Shown here: positions 48,921 through 61,500 of the stretch, in pieces
Layout of the letters: the number at the start of each line of letters is the position of its first letter
How positions within the stretch are numbered: position 1 is the first letter of the stretch
Assembly (NCBI GenBank): GCA_043228905.1
Contig: JBHGNT010000011.1
Location: 8,122,001 to 8,186,000, forward strand
From: Azolla caroliniana
Lineage: Eukaryota; Plantae; Polypodiophyta
DNA length: 64,000 nucleotides
Direction: 5' to 3'
The notes under the pieces: generated by a model
Told to the model about the DNA's origin: nothing
Database searches by the model: none
The model's input: only the letters and a program-made list of their open reading frames with translations
Position numbers and translations under genes: made by a program

Positions 48921-51691
48921 GATGTTGTTCATTCATCATGGCCCGTGTTACTTCGAGGATGTGCCGATTCGTTCGTTCAGCTACACCGTTTTGCTGAGGT
49001 GTGTGTCGGCACAAGAATTCTCGTCAGATTCCTTCCTTTCTTAGATACGTCGGAGAAGTACTCTTTTCCTCCATCTGACTGAAGACATTGTACATGTCAG
49101 CCCGTGGCTTTCTCAACTTCATTCTTAAAACTTTGGAAGTGTCTGAACACTTCGCTCTATTGTTGCATGGGGTAGATCCAGGTGTGCATGGAGAAGTCAT
49201 CGATGAAGGCCACATAGTATTGGCATCCGCCAAATGTAGTTGTTTGAACCGGACCCCATACATCGGAATGAATTACGTCGAGTACACCTTTGCTCATGTT
49301 CCGCTCCTTCGGAAATGGGTGCCGATGTTGCTTGCCGAATTGACAAGTAGCACACATGCCTTCAATCTCTTTCTCCTTGAATGTCGGGAGCCCGATGATG
49401 GCCCCTTTCGATTGCACCGCCTTGAGCTTTTCAAGGTTGATATGGCCAATCCGCTTGTGCCATAACTCTATGTCGGAATCGGTTTTCGTGCCCTTTGTGA
49501 ACATGGCCGATTTCATCTCGTGCGAGTCGAGAATGAACATTCAGCCCTCTCTTCGTCCATAAGCGATGAGTCAGCCTTCTTTTTCGATGAAGCAACCGCC
49601 TTGATTAAATCGTATTTGTATCCCTTGCTCAACAATTTGGCCGACAGAGACCAAATTATTTGTAATGGTTGGTACATGCAAGACATTCTTAATAAAAGTT
49701 TGGTTACCTTCTTTGCCAAATGGGACATTGCCGATGTGTCAAATCGGATGCATAGTGTCGTCTCCAGTTTCGACGTAGCCGGGTCATTCCAGCTCTCGAA
49801 GTTCTCGGAACCATTCTTGATGAGATGCCATATGGTTCGAGGCACCAGAGTCGACGAATCATACGTCTTCCGGATCGAAGGCACTAGTTGAAATAGAAAC
49901 CGACATAGAATTTTCTCTCTGTCTCATCATGAAGATTCCGCCACGATCATCATAGTCAGAGTTGGTGACATAATTGGTGAGTTGTCAGCTAGTGGAAGCT
50001 GACTCACGCATCTTCCTACTGCACTCTTCTTCGTGGTGACCGATTTTTTGGCAATATCCGCATTTGACCGAGTTTTGTCGGCTCGGACTGGAATAGAAGC
50101 TCCCACTTCTTCCGAAGGTTCCTCGATCGCTTCCTTCTTGATGCTGAAATTGCGAGTTGTTTTCGTAAATCAGGCCTCGTCTGCCTCGTCCTTGGCAAAT
50201 CGGCCTCTTCTTGCACGGGCGCGTCCTCTGCCTCCATCCAAGTGTGAGTAAAGCATGTGGCCTTCCGAGGCGTTGCTCCTTGTTCGAACATGGTTTTCTT
50301 CGACCAACAACATGGATTGAAGATCTAAGAAGGAGGGCGGATTCTCCCGTGCTAATACAATGGTCCTCATCGCGTCGAACCATGGTGCAGGGCCGCTGAG
50401 GCATATTTGCACCATCTCATCATTGTCCACATTGACGCTTATCAAGCCGAGCGAGTCGCAAAGCTCCTTGATCTTCAAGGTGTAGCTTGTGATGGACATA
50501 TCCCTTTGTTGGATGTTGTTCAACTCTTGCGGAGTTGAAGCTTTCTCGTAGTTGTGTTGGCGGAAAAAATCTTTCGTAGATTCTCCCACGCTTCATTTGG
50601 CGTCTCGGCTTCTCAAATGTAGCCGAGCATGTGATCGTGAACACATGTCGCCAAACAATACATCACTCGTCTTGCCGCTTTCTCCCATGTTGCATAGTCG
50701 ACGTCTTTCAGGTCAGGTCGGTTTTCTTGTGCTCCTTTGATGTAACCCCAATAGCCTTGGCCGACAAGGTATTGGTGCATCTTGTACTCGCAAGATGCAA
50801 AGTTGTTTCGATCTAGTTTCTCGCTAGGGAGAGCGCTCCCCATTTGAGTATTCATTGTCGATGAAGATTTCTTCCTTCTTTTCTTTTCCTTCTCTCTCGA
50901 ATACGAGCTATGTAGTCGCACTACAATATCGATGGACCGGTTCTTCTCGAACGTCGGTGAAGAACACAAAAAACGCAGATGGGCTAGATCGAGCTACCAA
51001 ACCGCTCTGATACCATGTAAAGAATCAGGTATGATTCTTGTTTAGCGGAAGAGATATGTGTTATGTGTATGTGTGAGAGGAAATAGAGAAGAGAAGAGAA
51101 GACACGAGATGGATAGATAGAATGGAAAATAGAATACTCACGAAGAAGAAGATGCATATTCACAAGGAGAACATAAAATACAAAAATGTAGCATTACAAG
51201 GAGTCACAACCGACTTAGTATGAAGTATGAGGAGGGTGCTTTATATATAGTCACCCTCTCTCTTCATTAACTAACTACAACAACCACTCTCTCTTGGGGA
51301 ATGTGAAGACTCATAGTCATGGGGAATATATAACTCATTAGTTATGTGTCACAGAATATGTTTCTATGACACATAGTTACTGTGTAGAGAGTAGTGGTGT
51401 GACTCTTGACCTTTGAGTAATCATAGATTCTCAAAAGTGTGTTCACACGTTGCATTATGTTGAGCTTGATTCTAAACACCATACATGTTGGACCCACTCT
51501 TCATCCAAAGGACCCAATGCCTAACATGTTGCGTACGTATGATTATGAAAGCTTGCTCTAGCATGCATCCTAGGATGTCATCCACCTTATTGGTTTGATT
51601 ATAAAGTTGAACCCAAAATGACGAGCTACAATCCAATACTGACTAGAAATGTGTTGTGGTTGTGTATATCACATCCACATGTCGAAGACGT

Positions 51692-54600
51692 TGTCGTGAA
51701 GATTTTCAGCAATGGTGTGAAAATCACATAAGACGTACGAAATCAAGTGTCAATCATATAAAACAATAATAGTGAATATACTAATTCTAAGTGAGTTTAA
51801 TATCTTAGTACAAAAGACGAAGATCTTGAAGAGATGCACTTTATTATATAAGAAACAAACATCTAAGTGTCAACTTATGTGGGTAAGAAGTTGCAAAAGA
51901 AAAAGAGAAAATTGTGAGATATCCCACATAGACAGGATGAATACGGCTCTCACCATATATAAGGTAGAGAAAAAGCTATTATCTTTGTGTCTATGTGTGG
52001 AGCATAAAGAGTTCAAGGTAACTTGAACTAAGAGTTGGAGGTGGCTTAGCCACTTGTAAAGCTTTTGGCCAACCAAAACGGAACTGGACGGTAATCGGCG
52101 ATCGGCATCCGACGGAGCCGGCGGCGGTAGCAGAGCCAGTAATCCGGTGAGGCGGTATCCGGCATCCGACGATCGACGTCATCCGATATCCAATGGTAAC
52201 GGCATCTGGTGACCAAATTAATAAATATATATATATATATATATATATATCACATATATATATATACAAGTATATAGTTAAGAGTCAATAGGCTTACCAC
52301 TAAGCCATGACATTTAGTTTAATTTATATTTCTATCATTATACTTTTACATGTAAATTCATATACATAAGAGCTAAAATGAGTGACATGGTTATCATGCA
52401 CCACATGTAATACATGAGCGCCAAATGGCAAACATGCATTTTATGCATGTCTTGTACCCTCACATGCATCATATGCATGAGAGCATCTATAAAAGAAGGG
52501 ATGAAAAAAAAAAAAGGTTAGGCTCTTTTGGTTATGAAATTAAGAAGAAGAAAATTCGTTATTGAATTGATCACGTAACTTGTTTCTTAAATCTAAAGAT
52601 AAAATTCAATCAATCTCTCTCAATCTAAAATCAAGCGTTTAATCTCAATTTCTCTCTTTCCCAATCTATCTTAAATACTTCCTCACTAAAGCTTGTACCG
52701 ACTTCGAATCCTTCCGGTCCAAAACCCTGGTGGTTCCGCCTCACGATCTACGCCTAGTGACAGATCTTCACGACATAATTAAGTGGTGAACCCGACGTGA
52801 AAGAGGTGATAGGAAGAATCAAGCCAAGGTTAATACTTGGAGATGGCATCCTCAAGCAACTAAGCGGGAGAGCTCGAAAGGATGATGCTAATCGTTGAAC
52901 AAATGATGAGATCTCGAGACAACGATACGAGCGTGGAGAAGGCCGTTGACCGTGTCGTAGAGCTCGAGGGTCAATTTGATGGAAGGAACATTACGAAGTT
53001 CCTTGACACATATAGAAGGGAGATAAATCAGAGGGACGTGTCCGAAGCACGTCAAATCACAAGCTTCAAGAGAATTGTCGCCAACAACGTCCAAAGACGC
53101 GTCATCGAACTTCAAGAAGGTAAGCAAGTTCGAGAAAATAATACTAGCGGAGTTTGCGACTGAAGACTCAACGAGGATGACTCGACATGCCCTGATGAAG
53201 TGGATAGAGAAGAAGAATAAGAAGATGAGTGTCTCGAGGGTGTACGACGAATTTGACCAAATGTTTAGCCGTCTCCCCAACACGGACCAAGTGTTGCTTG
53301 AAGGGGACAAGACTTTGTACTTCTTGAAGGCCATGGACATGAAGGATAGACGGGAGTTGGGGACTCTTCTCGAAGACGATACCCAAGCAAATGGGCTCGT
53401 AGCGGACTAGATCGCAGTGAAGCGGGCATGCAATAGGCTCGACAAGCGTTGCCAATGGGTTGATGACACCGACTTGACGAGATCAACTACCACGGAGAAA
53501 GCAAGACCGCCGAAAGTAGCTGAGCCGCCAAGTCAAAGTAACATGGAAGAAAAGAAGATTGATGACGACATCATCAAAGAGCTAGCGAAGAAGTTCGAGA
53601 AGGTCATGCTAGCCAACATGAATCATCAGGGCCCAAAAGGAAAAGAACCCTTTAGATGCGTGTGGTGCGATAGCATGGACCACATGAGAAGGGATTGTGC
53701 GAGCCTTCGAGAGGTGATCCGACAAAATATCGTATACATAGAGGACAACATGATCTGCTCGACTAAAACTCGAAGACCCCTACGGGTGAATTTCGGAAGA
53801 GGGGAAATGAAGAAATCTAAGGAGGATGCCGATGCAACTCATGTGGATGCGATGCACTATGCTGCGTCGGCCGGAATAAGAGTCGGGAAAGACAAGACTG
53901 AAGTTGCTAGAGCGGGAGCAAAGTTTTGGACTTCCGTTCTCGAATATGAGAAGAAGGGAAAAGTCACTTCGAACAAAGTAGAGCTTGCGGATCAAAGTGT
54001 ACAAAGTATAACCGGATGGTCAGATCCGGTGGACGACAACAGCATACTCGCGGAGGTGATGTGCGACAACCACGAGGTGTTCGTCGAAGAAAAGAGAAAA
54101 AGAATAGAAGAGCAAGGCCCATCAAAAAGACATGAAACAAGGAACACAAAAAAGAAGGACGATGCGGAGACAAGTCGACCTTTACAAACGGAGGAATGAG
54201 AATCAAGCCGAAAAGGGGAGCTAAGCATACAAGTTGAAGAAACGGTTCGGCCCGTGAAGGTTGGTGTCGAAGACCCCACTCGGAGGACAAGGGCTATGCC
54301 TACCTATAAACTAAGGTCGAACATAGAGTAGATGACGGACCTAAAGAAGATTCTCAAAGAATGAGTTCTTGATAGCCACGTGACTTTGTACTTGAGGGAA
54401 TTGCTTGGCATTACGAAGAAGGAATTCCATGACACGATCATGGACCTTATAAAGAGAAAAGGACAACAATCGGACGAGGAAGAAGAGAAGCCGCAAAAAG
54501 CAAAAACGAATGCCATAACGATGGCAAGAGACGAAGTCGATGAAGAAATGGTGGACAACCACTATACTCGACCTCATTGGGCACAAGTGACAACGGAGAC

Positions 54601-57600
54601 GCCGGTGAAGATCGGGGAGAAGAAAGAGACCGTGGTAGCTTTCATGTCTTCACCAAAGAGACGAAGGGGAAGCTATGAGTTGGAAAGGAGGATTTCCTTC
54701 TCCCTGAAGAGGAGCGAATGTTTCGCGATATGCTTGAGAGACATGGGAAGGCTTTCGCATTCTTCCCACGAGAAATCGGATGTGCTGACCCAAAGGTTAT
54801 AGAGCCGATGGTGATCTTCACGGTGCCTCATGTGCCTTGGAATTTGAAACCGATACCGGTTCCGAGAGCACACCTTCCGAAGCTAATTGAGCTCTTAAAG
54901 GAGAAGGTGAGTATGGGAATTCTAGAACTGTTGAATGCTCCTTATTCCAATAGGTGGTTCACGGTGCCGAAGAAGAATGGATCATTGCGATTCATCCAAG
55001 ACCTTCAACCTGTCAACAAGGTGACAATTCGAAATGCCGGAATCGGTTCGAGCGTGGACGAATTTGCCGAAGCGTTTGCGGGCTGGTCCATCTACTCCAT
55101 TGGCGATCTCTATTCCGGATATGACCAATTCCAATTGGCGATCGACAGTCGGGACATTACAACCATGAGGACTCCGATCGGGCTTGTGTGGATGTGTACC
55201 TTACCCCAAGGCGCAACGAACTCGGTGGCTCATATGGTGAATGCCATGAATAAAGTCTTGAAGGATTGCATCCCGGACATCACGATGCCATTCTTGGATG
55301 ATATTCCGATAAAAGGATGTTCGGATGAGGAGAAAGATGAATCAAAAGATAAGGAAGGTTGTAGAAAGTTCGTTGCGGATCATATGAAAGATTGCGAGAA
55401 GGTGCTTCAAAGGCTCGAAGATGCGAATTTGACATTTTCGGGAGAAAAATCCGCATTCGGGCAACCGGAGATTTTGGTGGTAGGTCACTTGTGTGGGGCA
55501 TACGGTCGGAAGCCTTCGCCATACAAAGTGAACGTGATCCAAGACATGAAAGAAGAATGCGAAAACCAAACGAAGGTTAGAAGGTTCCTTGGAGCATGTG
55601 CATTTTATCATATCTGGATTCCGCACTATGCTCATGTCGCCGAACCGTTATATGGACTACTAAAGAAAAGAATGAAGTTCGAATGGCGAGACGAGCACAC
55701 AAATGTGATGCGAAGATTGAAGAAACTACTTCTTGAAGCTCCGGCACTAAGGAAGGCTAATTATGCCAAAGGGAAGTCGTAGATACGAGCCTAACCGGAA
55801 TCGAGTGGGTCATCAATCAAGAAGGAGAAGATAATGCGCGATATGCCGTCTGGTTCGGAGCAAAGATTCTCAACGAATGACAACAAAGATATGCCCAAGT
55901 CAAGCGGGAACTTTGGGGTATTGTGTCGGTAGTGAAGACAGACAAAGATTACCTGGTCGGGTCGGAAGTGATAATAGAGACAGATTGTCTCCCAATTCTC
56001 GGAATGGTCTCGGGATGTGTGACCCCAGATCTTGCTATGCTAAGGTGGATCGCCTACATCAAGTCTTTAAACCTAGAGATCCGTCACATTTCAGGGAAGA
56101 AGAACGCCATGGCTGACATGTTGTCGATGGCAAGATTTGAAAATGGAAGGGACATGGTTTCGGAAGATGAAGATGTCACCCTCGACTTCTTCAAGATGGC
56201 TCGATTGTTGGCGGAAGACCAGGACACACAAACCCTCGACGCCTTCAACGAGAATGAGTACGAAGGAGAGTGTTTATTCATCGGTAGATTCCTAAGAACA
56301 TTGACGACAGATGCTTTGTTGACAAAGGAGGAGGCCCTACGAATCCAGAAGAAAGCTTATTGATACTTCTTGAAGGGAGGATTCCTTTGGCGACATCCAA
56401 AAAGAAGGACAAGAATACCACATCGAGTGGTGGTGAAGAAAGAAGAGCAAGAGACGCTGATGACCGAATTCCACGAGAGTGCTTGGGCAGATCATAGAGG
56501 AACATGGGCGACGTTCGAAAAGTTGAAGGAGAAGTACTGGTGGCCAAGCATGTACAAAGATGTACTCCATTTCGTGTCCACATGTGAAACTTGCCAAATA
56601 TATTCAAATATACGTCATCGTGATGAGTTACAGCCAACATACCCACGCACCATACACTTCAAATGGATGGTGGATCTGGTCTCGATGCCAATGGGAGTGG
56701 AACAAATGAAGTACTTAGTGCTGGCAAGGGAAGACTTGACAAATCAAGTGGAAGGACGAGCCTTGACAAATAAGACGACTTTAGCCGTTTGCAAATTTCT
56801 ACTTGAAGAGATTGTTTGTCGATACGGATGTGTGGGGAAGATAGTGTCCGACCGAGGGGAGTTGGATGCGCACGAAGTGACGGAGCTCTTCGAACGACTA
56901 GGCGTGAAGCTCTCCCTCACGACTACCTACAATCCGGAAGCGAATGGGAAGATCAAGCGAGGGCATGGACCTATCGTTAAAGCCATCGTACGGGCATGCA
57001 ACGATCTAATCGGGAATTGGCCACGACTATTACCCTATGCCTTGTGGGCCGATAGAATGACACACAGCTCGGTGGACAGGGTATATGCCGACGGAGCTTA
57101 TGTATGGACAAAAGCCGGTAATGCCCATCGAAAGGACGATCACCTCATGGGTAGCGATACCGTGGGAGAACGAGATGAGCCGAGAAGAGTTATTAGCGGC
57201 ACGGATAAGGCAACTTGAAAGAAAACCTGAAGAGTTATGTTTATCGTCGAGGATCCTGACCTCGATCACCTCGACGATAAACATAATAGAGCGGATGTAA
57301 ATGAAGACATGGAGGAATCTGATTGATCACTGTAGCCGAAATCTCACTTTCTCTCTTCTTGGCACATACCGGAGGACGTGCGGTTTGGTGGGGGTGGATG
57401 TCGTGAAGATTTTCAGCAATGGTGGGAAAATCACATAAGACGTACGAAATCAAGTGTCAATCATATAAAACAATAATAGTGAATATACTAATTCTAAGTA
57501 AGTTTAATATCTTAGTACAGAAGACGAAGATCTTGAAGAGATGCACTTTACTACATAAGAAACAAACATCTAAGTGTCAACTTATGTGGGTAAGAAGTTG

Positions 57601-57879
57601 CAAAAGAAAAAGAGAAAATTGTGAGATATCCCACATAGACAAGACGAATACGGCTCTCACCATATGTAAGGTAGAGCAAAAGTTATTATCTTTGTGTCTA
57701 TGTGTGGAGCATAGAGAGTTCAAGGTAACTTGAACTAAGAGTGGAGGTGGCCTAGCCACTCGTAAAGCTTTTGGCCAACCAAAACGGAACTCGACGGTAA
57801 CTGGCAGAATCGGCATCCGACGGGCCGACGATGGAGGCCGATAATCCGGCGAGGCGGTATCCGGCATCCGGCGACCAAA

Positions 57880-57915
<36 letters not shown>

Positions 57916-58464
57916 ATATATATATACAAGGAGGGCAAGTAAGGATTCAAACCTTGCACCTTCTAGTTAAGAGTCAATAGGCTTACCACTAAGCCATGAC
58001 ATTTAGTTTAATTTATATTTCTATCATTATACTTTTACATGTAAATTCATATACATGAGAGCTAAAATGAGTGACATGGTTATCATGCACCACATGTAAT
58101 ACATTAGCGCCAAATGGCAAACATGCATTTTATGCATGTCTTGTACCCTCACATGCATCATATGCATGAGAGCATCTATAAAAGAAGGGATGAAAAAAAA
58201 AAAAGGTTAGGCTCTTTTGGTTATGAAATTAAGAAGAAGAAAATTCGTTATTGAATTGATCACGTAACTTGTTTCTTAAATCTAAAGATAAAATTCAATC
58301 AATCTCTCTCAATCTAAAATCAAGCGTTTAATCTCAATTTCTCTCTTTCCCAATCTATCTTAAATACTTCCTCACTAAAGCTTGTACCGACTTCGAATCC
58401 TTCCGGTCCAAAACCCTGGTGGTTCCGCCTCACGATCTATGCCTAGTGACAGATCTTCACGACA
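51692..58464 (+). mobile_element. Element K: tRNA-Trp-primed Ty3/Gypsy related to C, internally deleted
   Basis: LTRs 51692-52775 and 57399-58464 with a 12-bp terminal inverted repeat TGTCGTGAAGAT. TSD ACGT, PBS 52784-52801, PPT GGTGGGGGTGGA. Confidence 0.93.
52843..57235 (+). pseudogene. gag-pol of element K (protease core and integrase C-terminus deleted)
   Basis: GQFDGRNITKFL, CVWCDSMDHMRRDC, HYTRPHWA; RT RFIQDLQPVN...PFLDDIP; integrase VSDRGE. Closely similar to element C. Confidence 0.92.
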
Positions 58465-58582
58465 ACGTTTACCAATCATGTTGATGCCATCTCCTCCATT
58501 TTGCACAATGATCGTAATTCTATGTCCCCAATGTAGACTGACAAATTCAATCTTCTTCAAACAAGTTGCAAAATGAACAAAC

Positions 58583-61500
58583 TGTTGGAAGCGAGGAGGG
58601 TCAATGCGGAAGATCTTGTAGCATTCGATTGCTGTTGCAGTACCTGCGTATGACAGTTTGTATGTCCGTTGCACAGAGAGAGAGAGAGAGAGACACACAC
58701 AAAAGACACTCTATTTCATAAAGCAATAATACAACAACCAACCCTACAAAAAGGTTACAAGGTCACTATATATAGTGACCGACTTAGGGCAGCTACCCTT
58801 TATGCTAATTACATAAATGGCCAAAACGGGATAATGTGAATACGTCCATTATACACATGTATTCGACACTCCCCCGTAATGGGCGTATACATGGGTTATC
58901 TAAGATTACAGGTATAGACTTAGGTTCTCGGACATATCAGCTTTGTTCGAGTCGGCAGGGTCCGAAGGCAGAAGACCGAACTGGTCGGGTCGGAACAGTT
59001 GAAGCCGATCATTAAGGAACTGATGTCGGTTGTCGGGAACCATCCTGCTCTGTGTCCGGCTCTAACCGGACTGGTTTGTCGTTACGCCCATCTGATGCCG
59101 AAGAGACCGAAAACGGTCTGCCGAAAGACACTTGGTCATTCCATCTGCGACATTGTCGGTTGTGGATATTTTCTCTAGACCGATTTTCCCTGAAATGACG
59201 CAGTCCCGAACGAAGTGATATCGAACGTCGATATGTTTGGAGGCGTTGTGGTGAACCGGATTTTTCGACAAGGCAACAGCACCTTGACTGTCGCTGTAGA
59301 CAACTGGAGCCGAGTCGTGGTCGACTTGTCGAAACGTGTGCGCCAGCCGACCGAGCCACAAGGCTTCTTTTGCCGCGTCGGACGCAGCTACATATTCTGC
59401 TTCGGTCGTTGAGGTCGTTGTGCACTCCTGAAGTTTCGACTTCCACGAGATTGCTCCATTGCCGAATTTGAAGCAGTATCCGGTTGTTGATTTCCGACTG
59501 TCTATACAGCCGGCGAAGTCCGAGTCGGTGTAACCGACTACGCCTGAGGTTCGGTTCGGACCGAAAAGAATGCCATGATCTTTTGTGCCAGCCAGATATC
59601 TGAACACATGCTTGACTGCGTTCCAATGCGATCGGCCAGGATTGTGCATAAATCTGCTAACGACTCCTACGGCATGAGAGATATCAGGCCGTGTCGCGAC
59701 CATCAGGTACATAAGGGAGCCGACTGCCGGTGCATACGGTACCGACTTCATATCTTCCCCCTCCGGACCGGATGTCGGGCAGTCTCGCTGAGAGAGCCGA
59801 AGATTCATGGGGAGCGGGGTTGAAGCAGATTTGGCTGATTGCATGTTGAAGCGTTCCAAGACACGTCCGATATAGTCGGTCTGAGACAAAAAAAGATGTC
59901 GTTTATCGCGATGCCGACTAATCTTCATGCCGAGTATGTGTCGTGCCGGACCGAGGTCCTTCATGGCAAACTTCAACCGCAGTTGCCGAATGAGATCGGC
60001 AAGTTCGCCCGCGTGGCGTCCAGAAATTAGCATGTCGTCCACGTAAATGATGAGGAAGATGGGTGATCCATCTTGAGCTGTGTTGGTGAAGAGACAATGG
60101 TCCTCATCGCTTTTTGAGAAGCCGATCGATTGGATGAAGTCGTCGAACTTCTTGTACCATTGTCGCAGTGCCTATTTGAGGCCGTATAGACTCTTCCTGA
60201 GTCGGCAGACTAGATGTTCTTGGCCGGTTGCCACGAAGCCTTTTGGCTGCTCCATATAAATTTCCTCGTCAAGATCACCATGGAGGAATGTTGTTTTGAC
60301 ATCTAGCTGAATCAGCTCCAAGTTGTCGGCTGCCACTACGCCGAGTAGGAAACGAAGGGTTGTCATTTTCACCACTGGTGAAAAAATCTCGTCGAAGTCG
60401 ACGCCATATTCTTGTCGGAAGCCCTTCGCAACTAATCTGGCCTTGTACTTTGGGGTGGTCGAATCAGACGTCTCTTTTAGTCGATAGACCCACTTGCAAG
60501 GAAGAGCACGTCGGTTCCTAGGTAATTCGACCAGATCCCAAGTCTTGTTTGCCCGAATGGAGTGCATTTCCGACTCCATCGCCAGATGCCAGGTGGCGGA
60601 ATCGACAGATGTCGATGCTTCTTCGTAAGACGTCGGTTCGCCGGCGTCGGTGAAGAAAATTCCAGGAGAATACCTCTCCGGAGGTTGCGACAGTCTCTCG
60701 GATCGTCGAGGCATGATTGGACTGGTCGCATCGGGTATCGAGGTCGGATGGTCCGAAAGCGAATCATTCGGCTGTGCCGAGTCGGAGTTGTCCGAGTCGG
60801 TAGTGTAAGGTTCAGCTACCCGTGAAGCTGACCGTGTGTTGAGAGCGGGGCCTTCTTGAAAGGTCGGCACATCGGAGAATGTTACCCTTCGGACTTCGAT
60901 CGGTTTTTCGACTGATGGATTCATAGCCGACTCGTTGAACACAACGTCCGAACTTCGAACGATTTGTCTGCGTTCGGGGTCCTAGAGTCGGTATCCCATT
61001 TCGCCGTCGAATCCATATCCAAGGAAAATGCATTTCCTGGACCGAGGTGCAAGTTTTCGGCGATCATCTTTCGGAATAAGGGCGTACGCCTCGCATCCGA
61101 AGATCCTCAGCTTGTCGTAATTCGGCTTACTGCCGATCCATAGTTCCTGAGGAATTTGAAGTCCTAGAGGTCTACTTGGCGACATATTGATTATGTGTAC
61201 TGCCGTGAGTAGAGCCTCTGCCCAGAAGCCATCCGACAGTCGGGAGTGTTGGAGCATGGAAACTATCCGTTCTTGGATTGTCCGATTCATGCGTTCGGCA
61301 ATCCCGTTTTGCTCCGGACTGTGTGGTGCCGTAAATTCACGTCGGATGCCGCGTTGTCGGCAGAATTTGACGAATTCTTCGGATTTAAACTCTCCCCCAT
61401 TGTCTGTCCGAAAGCATTTCAGCTTTCGGTCGGTTTGATTTTCTACCATAGCGAGCCAATCGGTGAAGATCGAGAAAACCCGATCTTTGGTGCGAATTGG

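Larger units (their letters stand above)
44270..50852 (-). pseudogene. Copia polyprotein of element D (interrupted by J)
   Basis: Gag EKLDRNNF, knuckle CGYCQKIGHHEEEC, protease VDSGASNH, LWHKRIGH, integrase IHSDVWGP and TPQQNGVAER, RT YKARLVAKGY and LYVDDL, then RNase H. Confidence 0.92.
27678..51478 (-). mobile_element. Element D: degenerate Ty1/Copia LTR retrotransposon hosting E, F(G) and J
   Basis: 5' LTR 51015-51478; Met PBS TGGTATCAGAGCGGT at 51000-51014; 3' LTR 27678-28064 + 33440-33509; PPT at 33510-33520. The flanks do not form a TSD. Confidence 0.85.

Noticed and set aside
51479-51691. Host gene in the basal sequence (51479-51691 + 58469-58582 + 63927-64000)
   Set aside because: The rejoined sequence has stops in the frames examined and no motif I can identify with confidence. 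It may be a decayed transposon.
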